This document shows, piece by piece, positions 37,548 to 47,373 of a stretch of DNA of 64,000 bases; the first letter of the stretch is position 1, and the number at the start of each line of letters is the position of its first letter. The stretch lies in IMG/VR virus record IMGVR_UViG_3300044729_002678, positions 1 to 64,000 of that record; one strand, 5' to 3'. The DNA is from a virus. Under the pieces are notes generated by a model. The model saw only the letters and a list, made by a program, of their open reading frames with translations, searched no databases and was not told the DNA's origin. Both the position numbers and the translations under genes were made by a program.

Positions 37548-38756
37548 TTATATACTAAACATATTTTTATAATCATCCCCAACCTCAACCTTTACAGGAT
37601 AACCACCAAACTCCATAATCTCTTTTACCTTTTTGGGGAATGTATCTATTTCATCATCCGATACATCAAATAAGATTGAGTCATAAGTATAAAGTACAGG
37701 TATTGATTTGTATTCTCCCAATTGTTTTGAGAGTTTATCTATAATAAGTATGTTTCTTTCCGTTTCTAATGATTGTAATAAGTAATTAAATAGTTTATTT
37801 TTGTTCATTTCATCGGATTTTCGGATAATTCTCTTAAATATAGGGGTCTTAATCCCAAAATTAAAAGAAAACTCATCCCATAACCTATCAATCATCGCAG
37901 AAACCGAACTATAAAATGGTATATGTTTATACTCATCCTGCACCCCACCATACAACTGCCTAAAAGTTATAGGTTTTGCTTGCTCCATAGGCACTCCATA
38001 TTGTTGACCTAACCAATTGTGAGCGGATATATCAGTTGGTATGGGTTCTCCTATCAACCCGGCAATTAAACGAATGTGGTAGCCATCATAATCAAAACTG
38101 AACAACTTACCATTATCAAATCGAGATACAAATCTACTTCGGGTATCATCACCCTTTTTAAGTGCCGCATAGTTAATGCCATTGAACGCATTAGAAGGAC
38201 GGGATGTGGATGTAAGAAAGTTATACTTCGTATATTCAATACCACTTTTAGTATTTATACCCCACTTTTCTATGTTGTATAAAGAATGCGGATACAATTT
38301 TGAAAATTTATGTGGTGGGTTGTTCCTAATACTATTAAATAATTTTTTCCAATCACCAAACCCCTCATAATGTTTTAATATGGGTATTAAATCACCACTC
38401 TTTGGCACACCCCTCCGTCTGAATATAGGATATATCCCTAATTCATCTACCTCCCAATTCATCCCAAGATGAAACAATTGAGCCTGTAAATCGTATAGGT
38501 TTTTGTGGGTATTGTAGTGATATAAAAATGATTTTAAATCCACCACAAACACCTCATTAAATCTATTCAGGTCTAACTCACCCCCAAATATATCAGCATC
38601 TAAATTTCGGAAATTTATACACACATCCACCTCCCCATCCGAAATAAAAAGGGATGATAATTCCGTTTGAGCAGAGTGTTTGCTCAAAGAACTATATACT
38701 GGATACACCAAAACCCTATCCGAAGATAGGGTACGGGGAATTTCGTTAAAAATCAT
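37548..38756 (-). CDS. Atypical, truncated family A DNA polymerase-like protein
   Basis: TSTSRPS, motif A DYDGYHIRL, motif B KPITFRQLYG, NYLLQSLE, motif C YDSILFD. Confidence 0.8.
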   Translation of the reverse strand: MIFNEIPRTLSSDRVLVYPVYSSLSKHSAQTELSSLFISDGEVDVCINFRNLDADIFGGELDLNRFNEVFVVDLKSFLYHYNTHKNLYDLQAQLFHLGMNWEVDELGIYPIFRRRGVPKSGDLIPILKHYEGFGDWKKLFNSIRNNPPHKFSKLYPHSLYNIEKWGINTKSGIEYTKYNFLTSTSRPSNAFNGINYAALKKGDDTRSRFVSRFDNGKLFSFDYDGYHIRLIAGLIGEPIPTDISAHNWLGQQYGVPMEQAKPITFRQLYGGVQDEYKHIPFYSSVSAMIDRLWDEFSFNFGIKTPIFKRIIRKSDEMNKNKLFNYLLQSLETERNILIIDKLSKQLGEYKSIPVLYTYDSILFDVSDDEIDTFPKKVKEIMEFGGYPVKVEVGDDYKNMFSI

Positions 38757-38760
38757 TTAA

Positions 38761-38792
38761 CTAATATACGAAAGAATAATTAAAATTACAAA
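38761..38792 (-). promoter_or_regulatory. Bacteroidota-type promoter upstream of the PolA-like gene
   Basis: TTTG-N20-TATATTAG, ending 4 nt before the ATG. Confidence 0.7.
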
Positions 38793-38947
38793 TAAAGTAC
38801 ATCAATTGTATAACCCGATACACGATAAACTGAATTGAACAACCCACCCTCTACTTTTGTAACTTTGTAGCCAAGAGCAGCCATTCGTCGGGCGAAAAGA
38901 AATTCACTGTAAAAAGGAACTTTAAATTTTTTCCAATACTTTTTCAT
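38786..38947 (-). CDS. Small hypothetical protein (53 aa)
   Basis: Hand translation MKKYWKKFKVPFYSEFLFARRMAALGYKVTKVEGGLFNSVYRVSGYTIDVLYL; fills the gap between neighbours. Confidence 0.55.
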   Translation of the reverse strand: MKKYWKKFKVPFYSEFLFARRMAALGYKVTKVEGGLFNSVYRVSGYTIDVLYL

Positions 38948-38952
38948 AGGGT

Positions 38953-39120
38953 TTAGAATTTATAAGTTAATTTTTTTCCAAGCTTTCGTTTGTTCACAAT
39001 CTTAGCATCCGCTTCCATTCTGGCCTTTTCTTCGGATGCCCCATATTTTAAGTGAAAATCGTAGGTCGCTTTCCAAAGAACTTTTTCAGGACCTGTTAAA
39101 TTTGTTGGTTCGGTTTTCAT
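38953..39120 (-). CDS. Small hypothetical (probably early) protein
   Basis: MKTEPTNLTGPEKVLW...; alternative start at 39129. The ORF-track start (39198) lies upstream of the promoter, inside the DnaA box. Confidence 0.6.
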   Translation of the reverse strand: MKTEPTNLTGPEKVLWKATYDFHLKYGASEEKARMEADAKIVNKRKLGKKLTYKF

Positions 39121-39132
39121 ATCTCTCATTGT

Positions 39133-39230
39133 CTTACATAGTAAAGATACTACAAAAATCCCAAACTTCCAAGCTTTTTCCCCAAAAGTTATCCACATTT
39201 TAGGTTAAAACTGTCCAATTTAGTGGACAC
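39133..39230 (-). repeat. Duplicated intergenic cassette, copy 2: hairpin + DnaA box + promoter
   Basis: TGTCCA-N6-TGGACA at 39212-39229; TTATCCACA at 39189-39197; CTTG-N20-TATCTTTA at 39173-39142. Confidence 0.85.
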
Positions 39231-39790
39231 TATACTGAAAATTGCTTTAAATTAGTTAAAAACCTGTCTATATTTGATATGTCATTTTTTAAAAGGTTTA
39301 TTACTTTTTGGTTTGTATCTATAATGTCTTTTTGGGGTGTATATTCCAATCTACCAATTTTCCACTTAAATTCTTTCTTAATATACAAAAATTCATCCAA
39401 TTCTTCAAAATTTTTTTTAGAAACTTCATATAAATTTGAATTATTAAATTGGGATACAATATATCTATCTAAATAACCACGATTATAATCGGATTGTGTT
39501 GGTGTGGGTGTGAATGGTATTGGTGATTTATATTTGTTTTTAAACTTATCGTTTGTCAATTTATCATACTCAACGATAGTTTTTTCAGTCTGATTATTTA
39601 AGTTTTTATATGGAATAAGTGGTTTAGATATACCTTCCAAATATTCACTCCCAGTATATACTTCCCCCGTACTTTTATATCTATGGTATGCGCCAATATA
39701 TTCCTCACCTGTTTCCAACATCCACTCAGATGATTTTGAAATTCCGGAAACTTTATCGCCCGGCATATAATATAATTTTTTTCGTGCCAT
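39230..39790 (-). CDS. Hypothetical, probably baseplate-associated protein
   Basis: GEEYIGAYH, P.PT..DY..G...RY; last gene of the tail operon. Start taken at MARKK. Confidence 0.55.
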   Translation of the reverse strand: MARKKLYYMPGDKVSGISKSSEWMLETGEEYIGAYHRYKSTGEVYTGSEYLEGISKPLIPYKNLNNQTEKTIVEYDKLTNDKFKNKYKSPIPFTPTPTQSDYNRGYLDRYIVSQFNNSNLYEVSKKNFEELDEFLYIKKEFKWKIGRLEYTPQKDIIDTNQKVINLLKNDISNIDRFLTNLKQFSV

Positions 39791-39791
39791 A

Positions 39792-41612
39792 CTAAAATCC
39801 AATATCACCCTCATTTATTTCATTAATTTGGGCCGCTGATAAATTTCTTGTTACGGGTGGTGTTGGTGATACACCTGCAATTGGATCAAATGCTTTGGGA
39901 ATTGTTGCACCATCGCTTATATCAAACATCATTTGACCTTCTAAATCCATTGTCCAATCACCATTATCAAATTTGTGAGATTGTTTCAAAATAATAAAAT
40001 AAACATTGGAAGCACGAAGCATTGAAGGTAATCCTGCAACTTTAAATGCTTTTCCAAATAAATGCTGCCCATACCCATCCACAGTTACAGTTAAAGTTAC
40101 ACCATATTTATATCCAATTTGTTGTGGTAATTGAACATTACATATTTTTTTTAATGTTTGAATACATTCATTTAGAATGGTTTCATCCAATTCTTTAAAT
40201 GACTCATACATATTTACTAATTCTTGTTTATGCTGTACCACATCAGGTAAAGTAGGTGTACACCCAAAAACACCTCTAATAGTTCCCTGTCCCTTACCAC
40301 TTTGAGCGGAAGATAGTGCAATTGCTGCAATTTCAGAGTCAATTGTAGATTGTATATTTATATTTCTTATTTTTGCGGTTTTATTTAATGGGTTTACAAT
40401 TGTTAAATCTTTAAGGTTTTGAATAAGAGTTTTTCTATCCGTTATTTCATATCCATGTTCAATGCCCTCTCCAGACTGACCATATGGTATTAATTCTAAT
40501 TTTATAGAATCACCCAAACAATTATTTATTTCATCTAAAACTTTTCGTATAAACTGAATAAGTGTATTTTTAGTTGCGTGCGGATTGTCAGATTTATCAC
40601 CAGGAAAATCATACTCAATTTTTTCTAAAAAATCAAATGATACAAAATACATAACACCACCACCATCCCATCCAAAGTTTGCACCTACGGTATAGTTAGC
40701 AGCCTCACCACCATTACCTTGATTTAATACATTTAATGGATTTGCAGATTTAATCTTTGGCGTTACTTGTGTAGCCGATACAACATCATAATTTATACCT
40801 TTAAAATTACCATCTTTTGGTAATGGTAAATTATTATTAATTGTTTCAATTAATTTTGATAAAGAAACATAATAAACAACTTTTTCTTTGTTCCAAAATA
40901 ACCAATTTGTTTCGCTTAATTTAATTTTTGCAATACCATAACTATTATCTCCCTTAGCTAAACCCAACCCAACATCAGGTTCAGAACCTTTTAAATTTTT
41001 TATTGCCTGTGCTTTTAAAAAACCAACAATTGTTTGTGGGCTGAAATTTCCTATTTTATGTTTTGTATTTTCATTTTTTAGATTTAATCCAAACGCTGCA
41101 GCAGATTCAAGCGCAGCTCCAGCAAAAGTAACCGAGCATTCATATTGTAATTTTTCGTTTATTGTAAATTGAAAATCTACAATCGTACCAGTAATCGTTA
41201 TTGATCCTCCATAGTTTATCCACCCAAGAGTTAATTTCACTTCATTGAAATGTTGAAAAAATGCTCTATCAAAACTATTAAATTGTCCCGGACTATAACA
41301 CACAAAATTAACAGTTGCTTTCCAAAGATATGCATCTATAATATCATTTGCACCATCATTTGACCAATCTACCGATGTTAGGGATGGTGGTGGAACTAAT
41401 CTTGGACCTGAAAGTATATCAGTATATGCAGCAGATGATACATTAGCAGATTCAATCGTTGCAGGCTCAGCACCACACAAACCTTTTCCAGTAGAAATAA
41501 ATCTAGCGTATGCTCTTCTTTCAGCTACAATTTTTGATGCGGATTTACCCAATTCATCATCATAAAAAACTCCGGATGGTACTGAATCTTTACCAAAATT
41601 TAATTTACTCAT
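39792..41612 (-). CDS. Putative baseplate hub / tail protein
   Basis: Position after the LysM-like gene; hub-like C-terminus (LTVTVDG..FGKAF..LP..YFII..SHKF..GDWTM.LEG). Confidence 0.5.
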   Translation of the reverse strand: MSKLNFGKDSVPSGVFYDDELGKSASKIVAERRAYARFISTGKGLCGAEPATIESANVSSAAYTDILSGPRLVPPPSLTSVDWSNDGANDIIDAYLWKATVNFVCYSPGQFNSFDRAFFQHFNEVKLTLGWINYGGSITITGTIVDFQFTINEKLQYECSVTFAGAALESAAAFGLNLKNENTKHKIGNFSPQTIVGFLKAQAIKNLKGSEPDVGLGLAKGDNSYGIAKIKLSETNWLFWNKEKVVYYVSLSKLIETINNNLPLPKDGNFKGINYDVVSATQVTPKIKSANPLNVLNQGNGGEAANYTVGANFGWDGGGVMYFVSFDFLEKIEYDFPGDKSDNPHATKNTLIQFIRKVLDEINNCLGDSIKLELIPYGQSGEGIEHGYEITDRKTLIQNLKDLTIVNPLNKTAKIRNINIQSTIDSEIAAIALSSAQSGKGQGTIRGVFGCTPTLPDVVQHKQELVNMYESFKELDETILNECIQTLKKICNVQLPQQIGYKYGVTLTVTVDGYGQHLFGKAFKVAGLPSMLRASNVYFIILKQSHKFDNGDWTMDLEGQMMFDISDGATIPKAFDPIAGVSPTPPVTRNLSAAQINEINEGDIGF

Positions 41613-41914
41613 TGTTGTAGATTATTTAATACTGTGTATTCCTGCAAAATATTCGTTATTTCAGTTGGTATTCTTATTTGTTTCCCAACGGGGACTAATA
41701 AACTACCTTTACCAATACTATTTGCTTCCGCGATAATCCACCATAATGTGGGGTCTTTATAATACTGCCATGCTAAATTATCTAACCTATCGGAAAAAGA
41801 ACCAATAATGTAAATATCCGATAATTTTTCCTCTATAACAGGATATTTTACAGTTGGATAATACTTTCTACCCGTAGTAGAAGATAATCTATTTGATGTG
41901 TTATATCTTTTCAT
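41609..41914 (-). CDS. LysM-like baseplate wedge / tail-X protein (gp53-like)
   Basis: DRLDNLAWQYYKDPTLWWIIAEAN..G.QIRIP. Confidence 0.8.
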   Translation of the reverse strand: MKRYNTSNRLSSTTGRKYYPTVKYPVIEEKLSDIYIIGSFSDRLDNLAWQYYKDPTLWWIIAEANSIGKGSLLVPVGKQIRIPTEITNILQEYTVLNNLQQ

Positions 41915-41919
41915 AGTTA

Positions 41920-44667
41920 TTATTTATAATCATATATTTTAGTACTTTTGCTAGAATGTAATTCGCTTCCTAACAATTTTAAGGTTATTGAAATATCAAC
42001 GCCCATTGGAAGTTGGTTCTCGTTAGAATCCTTATTCAACCCAATTTCCCAAGTAAAATCATCAGGAACCGTATATGTTAAATTTGTAATTAAAGCCGGA
42101 AACTTTTCATACATTGTTCCAAGAGTAAAGTTTGTTATATTACCACGATATCCATTACCCGCATTACCCATAAGATAGGTTGGCATAGTCATTCTACCTA
42201 ATTGGTCTAATTTTTTCCACATTGGTAATAATTCTTTAACTGAATAGGCGAATACTCTAAAACCAAAAGTCAATTCTCTACTAAATGTATCATAAATATA
42301 TGCGTTTTCTGCTCTACCACTATATTTTATTTCCGTCCAATTTGGAGTGAAAGTTTCACTTATACTATTAACAGTTCCTCTAAATTGAATGGTTGTACCT
42401 GATGTGGTAAAAGAAAGTTTTATTAAGTCTAAATTACCATCACCAGTAGTAGATATTCCTATCGTTCTATCTGATTTTCCTAACCCCATTTTGTTTTCTA
42501 TGTTTTTGTCGGTGTAATAATTATCATTGTAATTAGTAATTTTAGCCTTTAAGTTTTCCTTATATGTATTTGATTTTTTTGTTCTAAAATCGTTGAATGA
42601 AGTTTTATAGTCGGTTTTTGCATTTGCGAAATTTCTAATATCATCATAGTTTAATACCTCATCGCTAGCAACTACTCTTGTCTTTAATTTTTTACTTTTA
42701 GGTTTACCATTTTCAAATAATTTTTCATATCCCGTTGGTGGGGTTTTTCCCTCATCATATTGTTTATTGGCAAGAGGTCCAAACGATTCATCTTTGGTTG
42801 TCGGTGAAAGGTCTATAAATGATTTTTCGTATGTATTTTTAAAGTCTTCGTTTGGATTTCGTGGTGTTTTTAAAGGTACAGAAGCTAGCTCAACGCTGTT
42901 TGGTAATGGTAATTCGATTGTTTTTGTTTCAAAAATTGGATTAAATTTTTGATTGTAGTTTGCTTTCTTATTTCCATAATCTTGTCCAGGATTACTGAAT
43001 GTATTTGTGGATGTATTTGTGGTTGAAATACCAATCCCATAAACACTTTCAGGTCCACCATTTTGTGACCGTAATGGAACTTTGTTAAGGTTATTACCTA
43101 ATCTCTTTAAAACATCAGAATCCTTTCTAAAACTTTCTAATTTAGTTTTATATCCTCCAGTTAATATGTTTTGATATGTATCGGTGTCTAATGATGTTTC
43201 AATTGGTAATAACCCATGTCTTTGTGGTTTAAAACCAATGTGTTGCCCGCCAACTGCAGCCAATAAATTTATAGGTGTCCATAATTTATTATAGGTATTT
43301 GTTCGTTGCATGCCAAATTGTAATACCGACCAAACCAATCCTTTGGGGGATAATATAAATCTACCAATTCTATATACATCTATTAATGCTCTTTCGGTAG
43401 ATGATACAACACCACCCCGTATTAAATCAATACCACCGGTTACAAGAGATTCAGGAACACCAAATCCCCATTTTTGTGGTTCTTTTTTTCCTTTTCTTTG
43501 TATTCCCCTCAATACAAATGGTTGATTAAAAAGTGGCGGAAGTGGGTTAAAAGAATCATCTTGCAAATTATATTGTGAGTAAATTTTGTCTATATATGAT
43601 GGTGAATTTTCTCTTAATAATAAATCACCAATACTTACATACCCCTCTTCATATTTTTTACCATATACCCATTTTTGATTTCCGTTTTGATAGTTTGCTA
43701 ACGAAGAACCTTCTAATTTTATTTTATTTCCAGGACTAAAACTTAACCCATAATCACCATTAAAATTTACTTTGGGTGATGTAAATTTATCACCATTAAT
43801 ACCTGTAAATTTAGTTTCGTTTTTATCCACAAAGTTTTTTGTAAAGCCGGTCGCATCATCGTTTGGAAAAAAGTTTACTTCACCCAATTTTGAGTTAGGT
43901 ATTCGTTGTGTAAAAATCCCATTATTTATATCAACAAATTGAGTATTCTTAATTTTTGGTGTAAAGCCTTTAGCATCCGTATTAGGAAAATAATCAGTTA
44001 TTGATATTGTTGGCGTTGTAAATTGTGGTGTGAAATTAAAAATTTGTGGAGTTGTAGCGGGTTTATTAGGTGTAGCACCTAATGGATTAGGAGTTGTAGC
44101 AGGTTTATCAGGTGTATCACCCAATAAAGTAGGGGTTATGGCCGGTTTATCGGGTGTATCACCCAATAAAGTAGGGGTTATGGCCGGTTTATCAGGTGTA
44201 TCGCCCAATTGATTAGGGGTTGTTTCTCCTAAAAACTTTCCTTCTAAACTTAATCTATTTGGGTCAGTTTCTCCCAAAAATTTTGCTTCTAATGTTAGAG
44301 GTTTTGGGGATGTTAAACCTGATAAATTAAAACGGGTTTCTCTCATCTTAGTAGTAAACCCATCCGCAGATGTGTTTGGAAAAAAATCAACACTACTTAA
44401 TTGTGGTGTTGTAAATTGAGGTGAAAAATCAAAATTATTTGGTGTTGTTTCACCTACAAACTTTTCTTCACGTTTATATGTTGGAGTTATACCTACTTTT
44501 TCAGTAGTTTTTTCTATTTTAGATGGAGAAGATAATCCAGTTAACAACCCAGAAAGTGGAGTCTTATCATTATCATAATTTATTTTTGTAGATTGAGTTT
44601 CTACAATAGGTTTTTGTATTGGCCTTCTAAATTTTGATAAATCTGATTTTAATTCTGTCAGAGCCAT
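41920..44667 (-). CDS. Tail/baseplate protein with a C-terminal tube-initiator-like domain and an N-terminal repeat region
   Basis: C-terminal FRG..ISETFTPNW..Y.GR.E..YIY..F.R.L.F.F..ITNL.Y..D..WE; Pro/Thr-rich repeats. Confidence 0.6.
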   Translation of the reverse strand: MALTELKSDLSKFRRPIQKPIVETQSTKINYDNDKTPLSGLLTGLSSPSKIEKTTEKVGITPTYKREEKFVGETTPNNFDFSPQFTTPQLSSVDFFPNTSADGFTTKMRETRFNLSGLTSPKPLTLEAKFLGETDPNRLSLEGKFLGETTPNQLGDTPDKPAITPTLLGDTPDKPAITPTLLGDTPDKPATTPNPLGATPNKPATTPQIFNFTPQFTTPTISITDYFPNTDAKGFTPKIKNTQFVDINNGIFTQRIPNSKLGEVNFFPNDDATGFTKNFVDKNETKFTGINGDKFTSPKVNFNGDYGLSFSPGNKIKLEGSSLANYQNGNQKWVYGKKYEEGYVSIGDLLLRENSPSYIDKIYSQYNLQDDSFNPLPPLFNQPFVLRGIQRKGKKEPQKWGFGVPESLVTGGIDLIRGGVVSSTERALIDVYRIGRFILSPKGLVWSVLQFGMQRTNTYNKLWTPINLLAAVGGQHIGFKPQRHGLLPIETSLDTDTYQNILTGGYKTKLESFRKDSDVLKRLGNNLNKVPLRSQNGGPESVYGIGISTTNTSTNTFSNPGQDYGNKKANYNQKFNPIFETKTIELPLPNSVELASVPLKTPRNPNEDFKNTYEKSFIDLSPTTKDESFGPLANKQYDEGKTPPTGYEKLFENGKPKSKKLKTRVVASDEVLNYDDIRNFANAKTDYKTSFNDFRTKKSNTYKENLKAKITNYNDNYYTDKNIENKMGLGKSDRTIGISTTGDGNLDLIKLSFTTSGTTIQFRGTVNSISETFTPNWTEIKYSGRAENAYIYDTFSRELTFGFRVFAYSVKELLPMWKKLDQLGRMTMPTYLMGNAGNGYRGNITNFTLGTMYEKFPALITNLTYTVPDDFTWEIGLNKDSNENQLPMGVDISITLKLLGSELHSSKSTKIYDYK
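44048..44215. repeat. In-frame 42-bp tandem repeat (about 4 copies, 14-aa unit LGDTPDKPAITPTL)
   Basis: GGTTTA anchor at 44060, 44102, 44144 and 44186. Confidence 0.9.
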
Positions 44668-44681
44668 AGTTTATTTCCCCA

Positions 44682-46802
44682 TTATTTATTTACATAACTA
44701 TTAATTGCACGAGAACTACGATTTATCTCACCAACAATTTTATTGTTTAATACCACATTTATTGGTTGATTTTTAATATCTGCCCTTAATCCCCTAATTT
44801 CTTCTAATAACGGGTCTGATTGTTTTCTATCATCCGATGTTTCGGTTATTGAACCGCCCCCACCACCATTTAATGCGTTTGCTATTAAAGCTATACCAGC
44901 CCCCAAAGCAACTAAGGCAACCAATGTAGGTATTACGGGAGTCATCGCAGCTAAACCAACAGCCAAAGGTATAAAAGCTAATCCAAGAGCGGCAAACGCA
45001 GGAGCTAAACTTAACAATCCGTTGGCTGTTTCTGGTGTTGCTATTTTTACAATAAAATCTCCAATTGAACCTATAACTTCCCCAATGGCTTTTCCTATCG
45101 CTATTATTCCTGGTGCTGCTAATTTAAGTGCAAATCCCAAACCTATAATACCAGCAGTAACTACACCAACACCAAGCGCAACCTGAGGAGATGCGAATGA
45201 TTTAAATCCTACGGCTATACCTTGCATAGCACTACCAACACCTCTTCCTGTACTACCAATTGATTTATCAATACTACCTACTTTTCCACCATCTACATTG
45301 GTATCTCCGACACCAGGAACTATATCAGATACACCTCCCCCACCCCTTTTGAATAAATTTAATGGATTAAGGTTTTTGAGACCAGAACTACCTGTCATTA
45401 CTTTGTTGAAAATTATAGCCTGAGCAACCATTTTTACTAATTCCAATGTCATAGCACCAAAGCCGGCTCCTGCGGATGTTGCTCCTGCCGTTATAGCACC
45501 CATAAAAGCACTTCCTTGTTCCAATAATTCTGTGTTAAGGTCAAACGCTTGATTTGCTTTTTCCATCGCCAAAAGCCGTTCATGATCCATACCTAACATA
45601 TTTTGTACTATTTCTTGTTGTTCATAACTCATTTCTGAATAATTTTCTTGGTCACCCATTTGTTCTTTTATTACATTTAAAAGATTTTTTTCCGCTTCTA
45701 ATTTATTTTCTGTACCCCTAGCGGTTCGTAGTTGTACAGCAGCGCCTGTTAAAGCTTGGACATCAAGTTGTTTTCCTGTCATTAATCGAAATTTATTTGC
45801 TTGTTGAATATTATTTTCAATATCCATTAAAGATTTTGAAGAACTTTTTATTGATTCTCTTGTAACACCTTGCTTTACCAATTCTGCGGTTAATCGTGCA
45901 TTAAGAGCCAATTCTTCTTTTGTTGCATTTACAATTAAGTCCTGATTTTCTGCCATTTCCTTTGCAACTTTATTTGCATTCACACCCACACTACCTGCAA
46001 TTTCTTCTATATTATGTACAACATCACTCGCAGCAATTCCAGCATTTTCATACGCTAAAGCCAAATCAACGGCAGATGCCGCATCTCCCGTTAGAGCAGA
46101 TAATTGAGTAACACCTTTTATCATATCTGATGTTGCCATACCAGCATTTCCGTATTGGTCTGCTAATGCATGTGCTGCTTCTGCAGTTGCTTCAGAACCA
46201 TATAATAATCCGGTCATACTGAAATTTGCTTTTCCAATCTCACCACCAATTATCGCCGCATCTCCAGCACTTATACCAAGCTGATGGGTCATATGAAACG
46301 CAGTTCCAACTATATTACTAAATTGTTCCCCCATTTTTTCAAATCCACTAATTGCTGCTTTTGCACCAAGTGCGAAAATACCTCCGGTTTTAAATATTTC
46401 AGCTATATCTTCACTTCCACCCAAAACTCCAGCTAATTCTCCTTTTAATTCTTTATAAAGTTCTTTTTGTTTTTCTAAATTATCTTCTTGTTCTTTTGTT
46501 TTTTTTAATAGCGCAATTTGCGTATCAAGCATATCCAATGCTATTTTACTAATCTTTCTACCAAGCTTTACTTCATTTTCAATAAAAGCATCTCTTTTTT
46601 CAATTAAAGCTGATATTTGACTTTCTAAATCGTTGTGCTCTTTTACAACAGAAACAATTTCTTTCATCTTTTCTTTAGTTGAATCACTCAAATTATTTGC
46701 GATTTGAAAGTTTTTTGCAAATATGTTACTCATATCACGAGCATTTTCAAGAGCTTTTAAAGTATCTCTTCCCAAATTCGGCGAATCAGTATCCATTGCC
46801 AT
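44682..46802 (-). CDS. Tape-measure-like protein
   Basis: Helical, Ala/Gly-rich, hydrophobic C-terminal stretches; follows the tube and chaperone genes. Confidence 0.65.
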   Translation of the reverse strand: MAMDTDSPNLGRDTLKALENARDMSNIFAKNFQIANNLSDSTKEKMKEIVSVVKEHNDLESQISALIEKRDAFIENEVKLGRKISKIALDMLDTQIALLKKTKEQEDNLEKQKELYKELKGELAGVLGGSEDIAEIFKTGGIFALGAKAAISGFEKMGEQFSNIVGTAFHMTHQLGISAGDAAIIGGEIGKANFSMTGLLYGSEATAEAAHALADQYGNAGMATSDMIKGVTQLSALTGDAASAVDLALAYENAGIAASDVVHNIEEIAGSVGVNANKVAKEMAENQDLIVNATKEELALNARLTAELVKQGVTRESIKSSSKSLMDIENNIQQANKFRLMTGKQLDVQALTGAAVQLRTARGTENKLEAEKNLLNVIKEQMGDQENYSEMSYEQQEIVQNMLGMDHERLLAMEKANQAFDLNTELLEQGSAFMGAITAGATSAGAGFGAMTLELVKMVAQAIIFNKVMTGSSGLKNLNPLNLFKRGGGGVSDIVPGVGDTNVDGGKVGSIDKSIGSTGRGVGSAMQGIAVGFKSFASPQVALGVGVVTAGIIGLGFALKLAAPGIIAIGKAIGEVIGSIGDFIVKIATPETANGLLSLAPAFAALGLAFIPLAVGLAAMTPVIPTLVALVALGAGIALIANALNGGGGGSITETSDDRKQSDPLLEEIRGLRADIKNQPINVVLNNKIVGEINRSSRAINSYVNK

Positions 46803-46816
46803 ATAACTATGTCCCC

Positions 46817-47086
46817 TTAATCCAACTTATATTTTTCAGGTCTAACAAAATTACCCTGTCTATCAAGATTAACTAATTTTAATTGTGTATCTGGTACATT
46901 TTCCCAAGAACCCCACATTTTTATAAGTAATTTTTTTATATCATCATTTATAACATCAAGTTCTTTATCTAATTTTTCTATTTGGTTTTTTATTCGTTTT
47001 TTTCTATTAAAAAAAATATCAAAAATTCCTTCATTGATATTATGCTTTTTTAATACCTTTTTTACTTCTGATAATTTTACTTTCAT
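46817..47086 (-). CDS. Hypothetical protein
   Basis: ORF preceded by TATTTATA (47107-47114). Confidence 0.55.
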   Translation of the reverse strand: MKVKLSEVKKVLKKHNINEGIFDIFFNRKKRIKNQIEKLDKELDVINDDIKKLLIKMWGSWENVPDTQLKLVNLDRQGNFVRPEKYKLD

Positions 47087-47119
47087 ATTACCCTTAATTT
47101 ATATAATATAAATATAGAA

Positions 47120-47143
47120 ATACCCAATATTTCTATTGGGTAT
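47120..47143 (-). terminator. Probable intrinsic terminator
   Basis: Perfect 10-bp stem ATACCCAATA-N4-TATTGGGTAT right after the stop at 47146, followed by a T-rich tract. Confidence 0.6.
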
Positions 47144-47145
47144 CC

Positions 47146-47373
47146 TTATCTTCTTTTTGATTGTGATTTTATTCTCGCTGCTTCTTTATCGTGTGCTGCT
47201 TTTTCTTCTTTTTTAAACTCAATAATTTTGGTTATATAAAACTGGCGCATCCAAATGGGCATGTTATACACATCTGACCAATTAAACCCACCATTACCAT
47301 GAAATATTAAATCAAAAATTTGTGAGTGTAATAATTTTCTATACTCAGGTTGATGGCCAAAAAAAGGAAACAT
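47146..47373 (-). CDS. Tail/baseplate assembly chaperone C-terminal part (gp51/gpT-like), probably reached by frameshift
   Basis: FFGHQPEY..LH..IF..GGF.WSDVYNMP.W.R.FY; overlaps the upstream gene across a T7 run. Confidence 0.7.
   Translation of the reverse strand: MFPFFGHQPEYRKLLHSQIFDLIFHGNGGFNWSDVYNMPIWMRQFYITKIIEFKKEEKAAHDKEAARIKSQSKRR

Noticed and set aside
38953-39198. ORF-track N-terminal extension MWITFGEK...
   Set aside because: It runs through the DnaA box and promoter of the duplicated cassette; the start is more likely 39120 or 39129.
44048-44215. 42-bp repeats as a CRISPR array
   Set aside because: Contiguous, in-frame and without unique spacers; a coding tandem repeat.
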